IMG/VR virus record: IMGVR_UViG_3300031994_000025
Location: 32,001-96,000 of that record
DNA from: a virus
Taxonomy: Duplodnaviria; Caudoviricetes
Length of the DNA stretch: 64,000 bases
Strand: one strand, 5' to 3'
This document shows, piece by piece, positions 29,244-38,223 of the stretch (positions within the stretch are counted from its first letter, which is position 1; the number at the start of each line of letters is the position of its first letter). Under the pieces are notes generated by a model, which was given only the letters and a program-made list of their open reading frames with translations, had not been told where the DNA came from and ran no database searches. The position numbers and the translations under genes are program-made.

Positions 29244-30398
29244 ATGACACAGCAAGACTACATCCAGAAAGTAAACGCTGCCAAGCAGCACAGTTATAAC
29301 TACTACGTCCTCTCGGCCCCGACCATCAGCGACGCTGAGTTCGACCGCCTCGTGGACGCTATCGAGCAGACGGAGCGCGAGCACCCCGACTGGACGCTGC
29401 CCGACTCGCCGACGCAGCAGGTGGGCAGCGACCTCGGCGGCAACGGACGGCGCACTATACGCCACCGCACACCGATGCTCTCCTGCCAGAAGGCACAGGC
29501 CACGGAGAAGGTGACGGAATGGCTCGGAAAGATGAAGAAGAAAGTTGGCGGCGGTCTCTCGGCTATGCCCACATGGATGCTCTCATGGAAGGCCGACGGC
29601 ATCTCGTGCTCCCTCGTCTATCAGGACGGTCGGCTCATCGAGGCCAGCACACGAGGCGACGGCCCCACGGGGCAGGACCTGATACAGCACGTCAGGCTGA
29701 TGCACACCGTGCCGCAGACTATCAATGCCAGCGAAATGGCAGGGCGTGTGGAAGTGCGCGGCGAGATAGTATGTCCAAAGGCCAACCTCCAAGGGCTCCG
29801 CGACCAGAACGGCAAACAGTATGCCGACTGCCGAAGCGCAGCCAGCAGTCTGTGCAACCAGGTGACACCGAGCGCCGACATGGCACGGCTGGAGTTCTGG
29901 GCGTGGGACTGCATCGGCGACGACCTGAGCATGAGGTGGCAGGATCACACATGCTACACGCTGCAGAGGATAGGCTTTAAGACCTGCTACCACGAGACTG
30001 ACGACGGCACCCACATAGAGGCTATACTACAGCTGATGGCCGAGAAGCGCGACCTGCTGCTGATTCCCGTCGATGGCATCGTCATACGGCTGAACAGCAA
30101 CAAACAGTTCATCGAGCAGGGCTTCACCGACCACCACCCCAAGGGTTCGATAGCCTATAAGTTCCCGCCGCAGACCACCGTGACCACCGTGCGCCGCATC
30201 GAGATAACCGTGGGAGCCACAGGCCGCCGCACCCCGGTAGCCTGGTTCGACCCCGTGACCATCCTGGGCCGCACCATCGAAAAGGCCAGCCTGGGCAGCG
30301 AGGACACCATGCGCAAGCTCGGCGTCAGTGAAGGCGCAAGGGTGGAGGTGGGCCTGAGCAACGACGTGATACCGAAGGTGTACCGCGTGGTGGCGTAG
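29244..30398 (+). CDS. ligA: NAD-dependent DNA ligase, adenylation and OB domains only
   Basis: YY...P.ISDAEFD, PDSPTQ.VG, H..PMLS, KADG, TRGDG..G.D, EVRGE, DGIV, AYKF, VG.TGR.TPVA, DVIPK. Confidence 0.9.
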   Translation: MTQQDYIQKVNAAKQHSYNYYVLSAPTISDAEFDRLVDAIEQTEREHPDWTLPDSPTQQVGSDLGGNGRRTIRHRTPMLSCQKAQATEKVTEWLGKMKKKVGGGLSAMPTWMLSWKADGISCSLVYQDGRLIEASTRGDGPTGQDLIQHVRLMHTVPQTINASEMAGRVEVRGEIVCPKANLQGLRDQNGKQYADCRSAASSLCNQVTPSADMARLEFWAWDCIGDDLSMRWQDHTCYTLQRIGFKTCYHETDDGTHIEAILQLMAEKRDLLLIPVDGIVIRLNSNKQFIEQGFTDHHPKGSIAYKFPPQTTVTTVRRIEITVGATGRRTPVAWFDPVTILGRTIEKASLGSEDTMRKLGVSEGARVEVGLSNDVIPKVYRVVA

Positions 30399-30440
30399 AA
30401 ACAACGAGAGTATTAACCCAACAAAAAAACAATTCAAGTT

Positions 30441-31241
30441 ATGAGTACAATCATCACCAAAGAAAATCCCAACGGAATGAACGAAATCGTTATCGACATG
30501 ACACCTCGACATGAGCCGCACGACCCACAGCGAGGCTTCGGACGAGAGGTGCTGCGCAACGTGTACTACCGCATAGAAGTGCCATTCTACACCTACACTT
30601 TCGGCTACAGCGACAAGTACGAGAAGGAGCGTCAGCAGGGACGTGAGAACGCTCGCCAGTATTTCGACGAGGTGGTAGCTATACTGCAGGCGGCAGGATG
30701 GGCGCTGGTTGACGAAGCATGGCGCAAAGAGCATTCTGGCTCATGTCCGCAACTGACGAAGGACAATCAGAAACTCTACTGCCATCCGCAGAACATCAGC
30801 GGATGTGTAAAGCCCGACGAGGTGGACGCAGTGGGGCGACTCTTCGCCGGAGCCAAGACCTTCCGCCACTACAAGACAGACGACTACCGCGACGTCATCG
30901 TCACCACCAGCACAGCCGACGAGATGCAACTCTACCACCAGACCTTCGACGCCACCGCCAATCAGGTGCTGCAGGAACTGACCACCACCAAGCGTCGAAA
31001 CCTCTACAAGAACGAGGGCACCGTGTGGCACATCCTGATGAACCGCCTGTCTATCGACACCAAGCGGACTGGAGAAATCTACAACTTCGACAACGTGGAG
31101 CAGACATACGCCAACGACGTTATCCAGAAGGCCAAGGCCGACGGCTGGCTGGTGACGGCAAAGGACTGCCGCGATGCTGACATCATCCGCTGGGTAAACA
31201 AGGCCGAACAGCGAGAGATTGAGAAGAAGATGAAACAATAA
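30441..31241 (+). CDS. hypothetical protein
   Basis: 266-aa ORF with LYCHPQNISG. Confidence 0.7.
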   Translation: MSTIITKENPNGMNEIVIDMTPRHEPHDPQRGFGREVLRNVYYRIEVPFYTYTFGYSDKYEKERQQGRENARQYFDEVVAILQAAGWALVDEAWRKEHSGSCPQLTKDNQKLYCHPQNISGCVKPDEVDAVGRLFAGAKTFRHYKTDDYRDVIVTTSTADEMQLYHQTFDATANQVLQELTTTKRRNLYKNEGTVWHILMNRLSIDTKRTGEIYNFDNVEQTYANDVIQKAKADGWLVTAKDCRDADIIRWVNKAEQREIEKKMKQ

Positions 31242-31266
31242 CCCCGATAAAAACAATTCAAGAAAT

Positions 31267-31854
31267 ATGATTACAACAGCAAACTATCTGCTCCGTGCTA
31301 ACGTGAGCAACAGCGATTTCTATTTTGAGTATGCGGACTGCGGCGACGTGTGGACCGCACTCGAACAGTTCTGGCACGACGACTACCCGGAAGTGCTGCC
31401 AGAGCACGACGGATCACCGTTCCCCATTACCGTGACCGCCCTCGACGGCAACGGTGAAGCCTGCGGACAGCACACGCTGACGTTCAACAGCGCCGCCTTC
31501 CATGCCTTCTACGACCACGGACGCAAGGCCAGTGGCCCCCACACCCTCGACGAGTTCGCCCTCGACGTATGCCACCACTCCGGGCCAGTGGCCAACCCCG
31601 TCCAGCAGGCGAAGGATATCATTACCCTCTGGAGCGACTGGTGTATGGACTACGACGACGAGAACCTGTGGCTCGACTATATGGTGCGCCATCCCAAGGG
31701 TCACTGCAACCGCCAGCACCTGCAGCAGAAGTGGGACTACTGCTACGAGAAGTACGGCAACAAGGCCGCCATGCAGATGTTCTGGCGCGAACTCGACAAC
31801 GACAACCACACCATCCTGACCGAGTACATCACGACCGAGTGGCGCAAAGATTGA
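31267..31854 (+). CDS. hypothetical protein
   Basis: ORF. Confidence 0.7.
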   Translation: MITTANYLLRANVSNSDFYFEYADCGDVWTALEQFWHDDYPEVLPEHDGSPFPITVTALDGNGEACGQHTLTFNSAAFHAFYDHGRKASGPHTLDEFALDVCHHSGPVANPVQQAKDIITLWSDWCMDYDDENLWLDYMVRHPKGHCNRQHLQQKWDYCYEKYGNKAAMQMFWRELDNDNHTILTEYITTEWRKD

Positions 31855-31988
31855 GAAAAGTTTAACCCTTTAAAAACAAAACGAATGATTGAGAATTGGA
31901 TAATGGGCTTCTTCGCATGGCTGTGGTTCATACAGTGGGCCTGCAAGAAGTAAGTATTAACCCCCGAAATTAAAACATCAAGCGAACT

Positions 31989-32243
31989 ATGGCAAAAGAA
32001 CTTAGACTGACAACACGACAGATTCTCGACCTGAAATACAAGGTCGAGAATCCTGTGCTGAAGCAGTGGAGCATGAGGCACGGTATCATCGACTGCATGA
32101 CGAAGATACAAGCCTGTCTGCGCTCCGGCTTCGGCTACTTAGGCAACCAGCGCATCGACCGCAACTTCATCAATCAACTCAGCCACGGCGACCGCTCCAT
32201 CTACAACGGCGTCACGGCATGGTGTAACCCAAGCAAACAGTAA
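31989..32243 (+). CDS. hypothetical protein
   Basis: ORF. Confidence 0.6.
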   Translation: MAKELRLTTRQILDLKYKVENPVLKQWSMRHGIIDCMTKIQACLRSGFGYLGNQRIDRNFINQLSHGDRSIYNGVTAWCNPSKQ

Positions 32244-32249
32244 ACTACT

Positions 32250-32498
32250 ATGCAATTCGGACTCAACTGGAACGACGGCTATGAGGTGGCGGTGCTGATG
32301 CCGGACGAGCGAGGGCTCGTCCGCTGGCACCCGCTGCGGAACTTCGGTCACAGGCAGGGCGACGCCAAGATATTCAAGTACGAAGACTGCCCCCGCCTGA
32401 CCGACACTCAAATACGGATGCTCGTCAAACGCTTCGACCGCAGCGTGAAGTACGAGCGCATCAACAGCAGACATTTCATTAAACAACAAAACAAGTAA
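32250..32498 (+). CDS. hypothetical protein
   Basis: ORF. Confidence 0.6.
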   Translation: MQFGLNWNDGYEVAVLMPDERGLVRWHPLRNFGHRQGDAKIFKYEDCPRLTDTQIRMLVKRFDRSVKYERINSRHFIKQQNK

Positions 32499-32504
32499 GC
32501 GACT

Positions 32505-33047
32505 ATGTTAGTACAGATTTTCGACAAGGCCGACGGACAGTTATCGGCTGTGATTGACATCAGGTTTTCTACCCTGGAGGATGTGAAGCAGTGGTATCTC
32601 AATACTTACACAGGCTGCATTGAGGATATCGAGTATATCAAGGACGTGCGGAGCGGCAATACCTACCGCTTCGGTGACTTGAAACGTGCCAAGGTAGAGC
32701 AGTTGAGGGAGTTGATGGCCGACATCTGGGATGCCCGCGAACACTCCCGTAACCTGGGTAGGCTCTACAATAGCATGTACGACGACGAGGATGGAAAGCT
32801 CGTGGTGGACTTCTGGGTTGATAAGTCGCTCCACGATCTCGACGGATGCCTGGTGGACTGGGGCAGAGTCTATATGACCGAGCGTTGTCAGGCCATGATT
32901 TACGACCCTGACAACGAGCAGATGCCGCTGGCCTTCAAGTTCCGATACTTCTATGACACGCAGCAGCTCTACGTCCGCCCTGATCAACTGAAGGACGAGA
33001 CGCTGCAGGCAATCATCGACTGGATTTACAAGACGATAAACTATTAA
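32505..33047 (+). CDS. hypothetical protein
   Basis: ORF, cgactATG start. Confidence 0.65.
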   Translation: MLVQIFDKADGQLSAVIDIRFSTLEDVKQWYLNTYTGCIEDIEYIKDVRSGNTYRFGDLKRAKVEQLRELMADIWDAREHSRNLGRLYNSMYDDEDGKLVVDFWVDKSLHDLDGCLVDWGRVYMTERCQAMIYDPDNEQMPLAFKFRYFYDTQQLYVRPDQLKDETLQAIIDWIYKTINY

Positions 33048-33062
33048 AACAAGTAAACGACT

Positions 33063-33395
33063 ATGGCAAAGAAAAACGAAGCTGCTGCATTGCTGCAGCA
33101 CTACAAGGAGCGGCGTGAACGTCTGCGTGCCGTCGGCAGTCCATGGGTGGACGCTCCTCTGAAGAATACGAACGGCGCATTTAACATTCCAACAACCGAC
33201 GAGTCCCTGTATTGGGACTATGTGGCTGGCGTTATTGATTTGAACAAGGCGGCTTGTGAATTTCATCGGTGTGGATGGGATAACTTCATCGACGAGAAAG
33301 CGACTATGGAACGCTTTCGGGAATTAGACAAGAAATACCACAAACTTGGTTGTGAAACAGGCTTCACAACCATCTACAAATCCAAAAACAAGTAA
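33063..33395 (+). CDS. hypothetical protein
   Basis: ORF, cgactATG start. Confidence 0.65.
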   Translation: MAKKNEAAALLQHYKERRERLRAVGSPWVDAPLKNTNGAFNIPTTDESLYWDYVAGVIDLNKAACEFHRCGWDNFIDEKATMERFRELDKKYHKLGCETGFTTIYKSKNK

Positions 33396-33398
33396 CGT

Positions 33399-33635
33399 AT
33401 GAACAAAGAAAGACGAAAGCGGCTGGAAGACCTGATCGACCAACTCGGAACAATCAAGGACGACATTGAGGCCCTCATGAACGAAGAGCAAGAAGCCTTT
33501 GACAATATGCCTGAAGGCATTCAGAGCAGCGAGCGCGGCGCAGCCATGCAGGAAAACATCGACAATCTGCAGACGGCCATCGACAGTCTGGAGAGTGAAG
33601 TGATAGACTATATCCAAGGCGTGATAGACGCATAA
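33399..33635 (+). CDS. small helical phage protein
   Basis: MNK.RRK...EEQEAFDNMPE..Q.SERG..M motif recalled from phage proteins. Confidence 0.75.
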   Translation: MNKERRKRLEDLIDQLGTIKDDIEALMNEEQEAFDNMPEGIQSSERGAAMQENIDNLQTAIDSLESEVIDYIQGVIDA

Positions 33636-33648
33636 AACGATACGGACT

Positions 33649-33960
33649 ATGAGAACTATCAAATGCACATTCAAATCAAACGGCGAGGTCGTCAAGGTGA
33701 CGGCCATTGTCAGTGACGATCTGACAACACTCAGTAAGTCGAAGAAGAACCAGGCGACCGACATCGTTGACGAGGAATGGAACGACGGCAAAACGTGGGG
33801 CATTGTCTTCGCGGGAGACGAAGCCGACTATGAGCTTCACTTCAAAATGAAGGGTCACGTCAGGACACTGGAGCCTGACAGAGCCGTGACATGGGTTGGT
33901 GAAGATCGGAGTATAGTTGACGACTCGCAGTATTTTACCGTTGAACAACAAAACAAGTAA
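33649..33960 (+). CDS. hypothetical protein
   Basis: ORF. Confidence 0.6.
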   Translation: MRTIKCTFKSNGEVVKVTAIVSDDLTTLSKSKKNQATDIVDEEWNDGKTWGIVFAGDEADYELHFKMKGHVRTLEPDRAVTWVGEDRSIVDDSQYFTVEQQNK

Positions 33961-33966
33961 ACGACT

Positions 33967-34197
33967 ATGGCACAGAAAATCATACAGAACGGACAAACGG
34001 TGATGAATGCGCCAGGCGAGGGAAATCCCACCTGCGCCATCATCTTCAACAACCTGACAGGAGTGAGCATACAGGGCAAAAGAGAACAACAGGCGTATCT
34101 CGCCATGATGTTCCACGATTTTCCCAAGCTCACATACGGAGAAATAGAACTCTGGGAAGACGGGAAGCTAATAGATAAAGGAAACATAAACAAGTAA
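33967..34197 (+). CDS. hypothetical protein
   Basis: ORF, cgactATG start. Confidence 0.6.
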   Translation: MAQKIIQNGQTVMNAPGEGNPTCAIIFNNLTGVSIQGKREQQAYLAMMFHDFPKLTYGEIELWEDGKLIDKGNINK

Positions 34198-34521
34198 CGG
34201 CTATGGGAAAGTTTGGTTATTGCGACACCTGCAAGCACGATGGCGAGTTCTGCAGCAAGTGCTATCGTGGCAGTTATTATGAACATGACTGGGATAAAGG
34301 AGAAAGGGTAGGGCAGTATGGCCTGTATTAAACATCACCGCCCTATGACCGAGAATGTCTATCCCCTCACCCTCACGGCCCCCGACGGCAGGGAACTGCG
34401 CACGCTGGCGTGGTTCCCCACCGAGGAGTGCCGCCGAGACTTCTACGAGAAGGCCGCCAAGCGTGGCCTGACCGTGACAGAAAATAAATAAATCTTAATG
34501 CGAGCGCAAAGTATCAGGAAT

Positions 34522-34612
34522 TATTTGTATCTTTGACCTGCGGTCGAAGATACTCACGTTCGGAAAATCTCAAATATATTTGGATTTTCGCTCACTTATT
34601 CGTATCTTTGCA
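34522..34612 (+). promoter_or_regulatory. palindromic promoter-carrying element
   Basis: GTATCTTTG at both ends; internal hairpins TATCTTTGAC...GTCGAAGATA and GAAAATC...GATTTTC. Confidence 0.55.
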
Positions 34613-34647
34613 CCGCCACAACGAAACAATTAAATAGCTACACGAAT

Positions 34648-34935
34648 ATGAATCCAAAATTTACTTTCAGCGAATGTGCATGTGAGGCCGACATCGTGGC
34701 CGCCATTGAGAAGAGTCTTGAATACGACACCATCGTCGCCAGTGATGAACAAGCCGAGCAGTGGTTCCGCGACGCAGGCATGGAGGGCGAGGTGACACAC
34801 CGCGTCATCGTCAGCACCAACGTCAGCGTATGGAACGACGAGGCGCATGGCGAGGAAACCTACAACGTCATCGTCAAGGAGCACTTCACCGACCCCGGCT
34901 CTGTCGATTACATCTATTCCTACAGAATCAATTAA
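34648..34935 (+). CDS. hypothetical protein
   Basis: ORF after promoter. Confidence 0.6.
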   Translation: MNPKFTFSECACEADIVAAIEKSLEYDTIVASDEQAEQWFRDAGMEGEVTHRVIVSTNVSVWNDEAHGEETYNVIVKEHFTDPGSVDYIYSYRIN

Positions 34936-35087
34936 AGCTACACGAATTATGACTTTGACATACGAACAGGCTATAAAGATAGCACAGATGATGTTGCAGC
35001 ACTCGAAGAAAGCGGGGCCATCGACGAAATGACTGACGAAGAATATCTCCGGATAGCGCATCTGTATCATTAAACAGAGTACGAACT

Positions 35088-35303
35088 ATGCACACCGACT
35101 TCACGCCCCACAGCCCGCAGGCGGGCTATACGACAACGATTGAAATCACCGGCACGAGGGAAGAACTCTCGGCCCTGTACGACCTGCTGAACCAGGCAGA
35201 ACCCTCTGACGACCGCGAGCGACGCATCAAGGACGACGTGCTCAACGAGCTGCGCTCTGCCAACGGCTGGATAACGGACATGGAGGACATCGCGAACAAG
35301 TAA
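35088..35303 (+). CDS. hypothetical protein
   Basis: ORF. Confidence 0.55.
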   Translation: MHTDFTPHSPQAGYTTTIEITGTREELSALYDLLNQAEPSDDRERRIKDDVLNELRSANGWITDMEDIANK

Positions 35304-35330
35304 CGAATAATTAATAAAACGAAACGAATT

Positions 35331-35585
35331 ATGCAACAGATTCTTAAATTCAAAAGCGGGAGCCAAAGGGTGATTATAGAGCCCAACGAGGACGTGACAG
35401 ACCACGCGGATATAGAAATCATCGTTGAGAACACCAACCCTGACAAACCAGACGACCCCGATGTAACCTATGTGTCTCTAAAGGAGCACGAGGCCGTATA
35501 TCTTGCCAACGCCATCTTGCGCTTTGTGGAGCAGACAGCGCTCTATAATGAGCGCTGGCTGGCTGATGAAGCGAAAAAAGAATGA
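35331..35585 (+). CDS. hypothetical protein
   Basis: ORF. Confidence 0.55.
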   Translation: MQQILKFKSGSQRVIIEPNEDVTDHADIEIIVENTNPDKPDDPDVTYVSLKEHEAVYLANAILRFVEQTALYNERWLADEAKKE

Positions 35586-35669
35586 ATAGTCTTCCACGTT
35601 TTTCAGACGACGACTGGCAGGATACTGACACCGTGGAGTTCTGATTTCTTCCCGGGTGATACACGCAAA

Positions 35670-35700
35670 AGGACCGCTATCCATCACAGACGGCGGTCCT
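35670..35700. terminator. hairpin between convergent transcription units
   Basis: AGGACCGC...GCGGTCCT. Confidence 0.5.
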
Positions 35701-35806
35701 CAGTCCAATAACTAAAAAACTAAATACTACTAACCTATGAAAAGAATCTGTATGAAACTAAAGACCGCTGCATCGGTTCTGTGTATATATAAACGTGTTT
35801 GTGTGG

Positions 35807-36211
35807 CTATGTTTGCTGGTCGCTGTCGCAATCCTCAGCTTCGCCGGGTATCTCCGGCTCGTCAGACGGCATCGGGCTCTCGCCGCTCATGTGGTCGATG
35901 TCCTTGTTGAGCACCATGTTGCCGCGCGTCAGGCGGTCGGGGTTGATATCCTTGTAGCCTCCGGCGACGGTGAACTTGCAGGCGAATACGATGCCGACAC
36001 AGGTGCCGAAGATATATCTGAAGGCTTCGTCCCACCATTCAGAGTGAGTGCCGCCGGCCATGGGTAGTCCAAGATTGATGGCTGCTGCCGTACCGCCGAC
36101 GCCGCAGGCCACGACGACCATCCAGTAGAAGAAGCGCGGCATCTGTTCGTGCCAGCGTTTCGTTATTTCACTTCCCGTGTGTCTCATTCTGCGTCTGAAT
36201 CTGCGTCCCAT
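35807..36211 (-). CDS. two-TM membrane protein (holin-like)
   Basis: basic N-terminus, P.FF motif, two hydrophobic segments. Confidence 0.55.
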   Translation of the reverse strand: MGRRFRRRMRHTGSEITKRWHEQMPRFFYWMVVVACGVGGTAAAINLGLPMAGGTHSEWWDEAFRYIFGTCVGIVFACKFTVAGGYKDINPDRLTRGNMVLNKDIDHMSGESPMPSDEPEIPGEAEDCDSDQQT

Positions 36212-36219
36212 ATCCCAGT

Positions 36220-36519
36220 TTAATCTTTGTTCGGCTCTATAATCGTAAGTGTCGTATTGATCTTCGCGATGTCGATGGCTATCTTACTCAGTTTCTCGTT
36301 CATGTCGGTCTGGATGTTGTTGATGGCCGAGAGTATCTGGTCCTGCTTCTTCGAGTGCCCTTCCACGCGACGCTTCAGTTCCGCCAGTTCCACTTCCACC
36401 ACCGCCATGTCCGTCCGCAATCGGTGTACCCATCCGAAGTACATGCCTATAATGGAGAGCACGCCTGTTATAATCGAGCCCGTGATGACGGGCCATAGAT
36501 CTACAACTACCTGGTTCAT
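36220..36519 (-). CDS. N-terminal TM plus coiled-coil protein (holin/antiholin-like)
   Basis: one TM helix followed by heptad pattern. Confidence 0.55.
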   Translation of the reverse strand: MNQVVVDLWPVITGSIITGVLSIIGMYFGWVHRLRTDMAVVEVELAELKRRVEGHSKKQDQILSAINNIQTDMNEKLSKIAIDIAKINTTLTIIEPNKD

Positions 36520-36605
36520 TGCTTTGAATCTCTTTTTTATGCAATATCGGGATATGGGCGTCTGGAATCAAGGGCAATTTGCGTCAGCACCACATGACGC
36601 CAAGG

Positions 36606-36646
36606 ATGTTTAGCACCCGCGGTGTGACACCGCGGGTGCTAAACAT
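36606..36646. repeat. 41-bp palindrome (20-bp perfect arms, 1-nt centre)
   Basis: ATGTTTAGCACCCGCGGTGT-G-ACACCGCGGGTGCTAAACAT. Confidence 0.9.
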
Positions 36647-36667
36647 TTGAGAAACTCGTCGGTAATA

Positions 36668-37384
36668 TTATTTCGGGTCGGTGGCAATGCCGATAGTCCC
36701 GATATGGCTGTCGTTGATAGTGCCGATGTTCACCTGAAGTCGCTGTGCCAGTTGCTCATATTTCATTTGCAGACTCTCGTATTTCTGTTTCAAATCCTCT
36801 ACAGTCTGGTTGAGCGTTTCGATATCCTGGTGCATCTGCCTCACCTCGGCGTGGAGGGCATCGTCTTGACCGCCCGATGACGTGCGGCGGCTTTTCTTCG
36901 GCTCCGGGTTGGGATCGAGCAGGATGGTGAAGGGAGCGATCTTTAGTGCTTCACAGGCTTCGAGGAACCGGGTGACAGGCGTGCGACGGACGGCCAGCAG
37001 CGAGTTCTTCAGGTTGTCTCGTGACATTCCCGTGGCGACGGCAGCCTTCTGCCATGTGACATCGGGTCGGCTATCCACTATCCTCTGTAGCGCAGCGGCA
37101 TCATATTCGCAGGGCAGGTAGCCGTCGCGGACCACGCAATCCCTGCAGCTCCTGTTCACGTCCAACTTGCTGCCGGTCATGAAGAAGCGGCGCACGGGGA
37201 TGTGCAGGCCGTTGGCGAGGGCTATCAACTGCTGCACGGTGATTTCGTCGGGATGGTCCATCAATCGGTACCATGTGGACTTGTTCCTGACGGTCGATTT
37301 GATCATCTCGCCCGCAGGCAAGAGTTTTTCTTTCTTCAGACTGGCTATAAGCCCGGTGTTCAGTCGTACTTCATTCATAGGCAT
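36668..37384 (-). CDS. putative repressor with two XRE-like HTH domains and coiled coil
   Basis: ITVQQLIALANGL.IPV..FF and V..FLEACEAL.I.P; divergent from the XRE-containing operon. Confidence 0.65.
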   Translation of the reverse strand: MPMNEVRLNTGLIASLKKEKLLPAGEMIKSTVRNKSTWYRLMDHPDEITVQQLIALANGLHIPVRRFFMTGSKLDVNRSCRDCVVRDGYLPCEYDAAALQRIVDSRPDVTWQKAAVATGMSRDNLKNSLLAVRRTPVTRFLEACEALKIAPFTILLDPNPEPKKSRRTSSGGQDDALHAEVRQMHQDIETLNQTVEDLKQKYESLQMKYEQLAQRLQVNIGTINDSHIGTIGIATDPK

Positions 37385-37440
37385 AATAAAAATATTACTA
37401 AAAGTTCAAAAATTATTTTGTTTATATCCTAAAATTGTTG

Positions 37441-37450
37441 TATCTTTGCA
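37441..37450 (+). promoter_or_regulatory. -7 promoter element for the replication operon
   Basis: TATCTTTGCA with upstream TTTG in divergent intergenic region. Confidence 0.6.
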
Positions 37451-37519
37451 CCAAAGTTACAACAATTTTTTCAAAATCCCAATAAAAATGGGAGAAAATA
37501 ACGCAATAATATTGAAGCT

Positions 37520-37912
37520 ATGCAGCAATATATCAGTAACCTATGGATGGCTCTGACGGGCAATAACCCCTACAAAGCAGAACTCGACGACCTGCGCGAG
37601 AAGCAGAAGAAGGCGGCAGAGAATGTCGCCGGGCTGAACGACCTATACTACAAGAGCATCGAGGCTTTCGACAATGTGAAGAAGCAGGTGGATGTGCTGG
37701 AACAGCAGGTGAAGCAGGTCAATGGTGAGAAGCAGAGCCTGCAGCAACTCGTGGAGAACCTGCGTGAGCGCATCCACGACAGGGAGCGGGAACTGGATCA
37801 GCAGGGCAAGGACTTCCGCGAGCGCATGGAGCGCATGAATGCGGACTACCAGAAGCGCATCGGCGAATACAACCGCGAGATCGACCGGCTGAAAAACACG
37901 CGGAAGAAATAA
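37520..37912 (+). CDS. coiled-coil protein
   Basis: heptad-rich ORF. Confidence 0.65.
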   Translation: MQQYISNLWMALTGNNPYKAELDDLREKQKKAAENVAGLNDLYYKSIEAFDNVKKQVDVLEQQVKQVNGEKQSLQQLVENLRERIHDRERELDQQGKDFRERMERMNADYQKRIGEYNREIDRLKNTRKK

Positions 37913-37932
37913 TATATATAAGGTATAAGGCA

Positions 37933-38223
37933 ATGGACGTAGGACAGGCAATAAAAAACCTTCGGATGAAGCAGGGCATGTCGCAGGCGGCGCTGGCCGA
38001 GAAGTGCGGCATGAGCACCAACGGCGTGAACCTGCTGGAGACGGGCAAGCGGTTCCCGCGTAAGAGTACGGTGGAGAAACTGTGCCAGGTATTCGGCATA
38101 CCTCAGTCGTACCTGATGCTGGCGACGATTGAGGAGAGTGACATCCCAGAGGAGAAGCGCGTGCTGTATAGGGTTCTTGTTGAGCCCCTGCGCGACGAAC
38201 TGTTAGAGGCGGGCGAACTGTGA
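37933..38223 (+). CDS. XRE-family HTH regulator
   Basis: IKNLR..QGMSQ..LAEKCGMS...V..LE.GKR.P....VEKLC..FGI. Confidence 0.9.
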   Translation: MDVGQAIKNLRMKQGMSQAALAEKCGMSTNGVNLLETGKRFPRKSTVEKLCQVFGIPQSYLMLATIEESDIPEEKRVLYRVLVEPLRDELLEAGEL

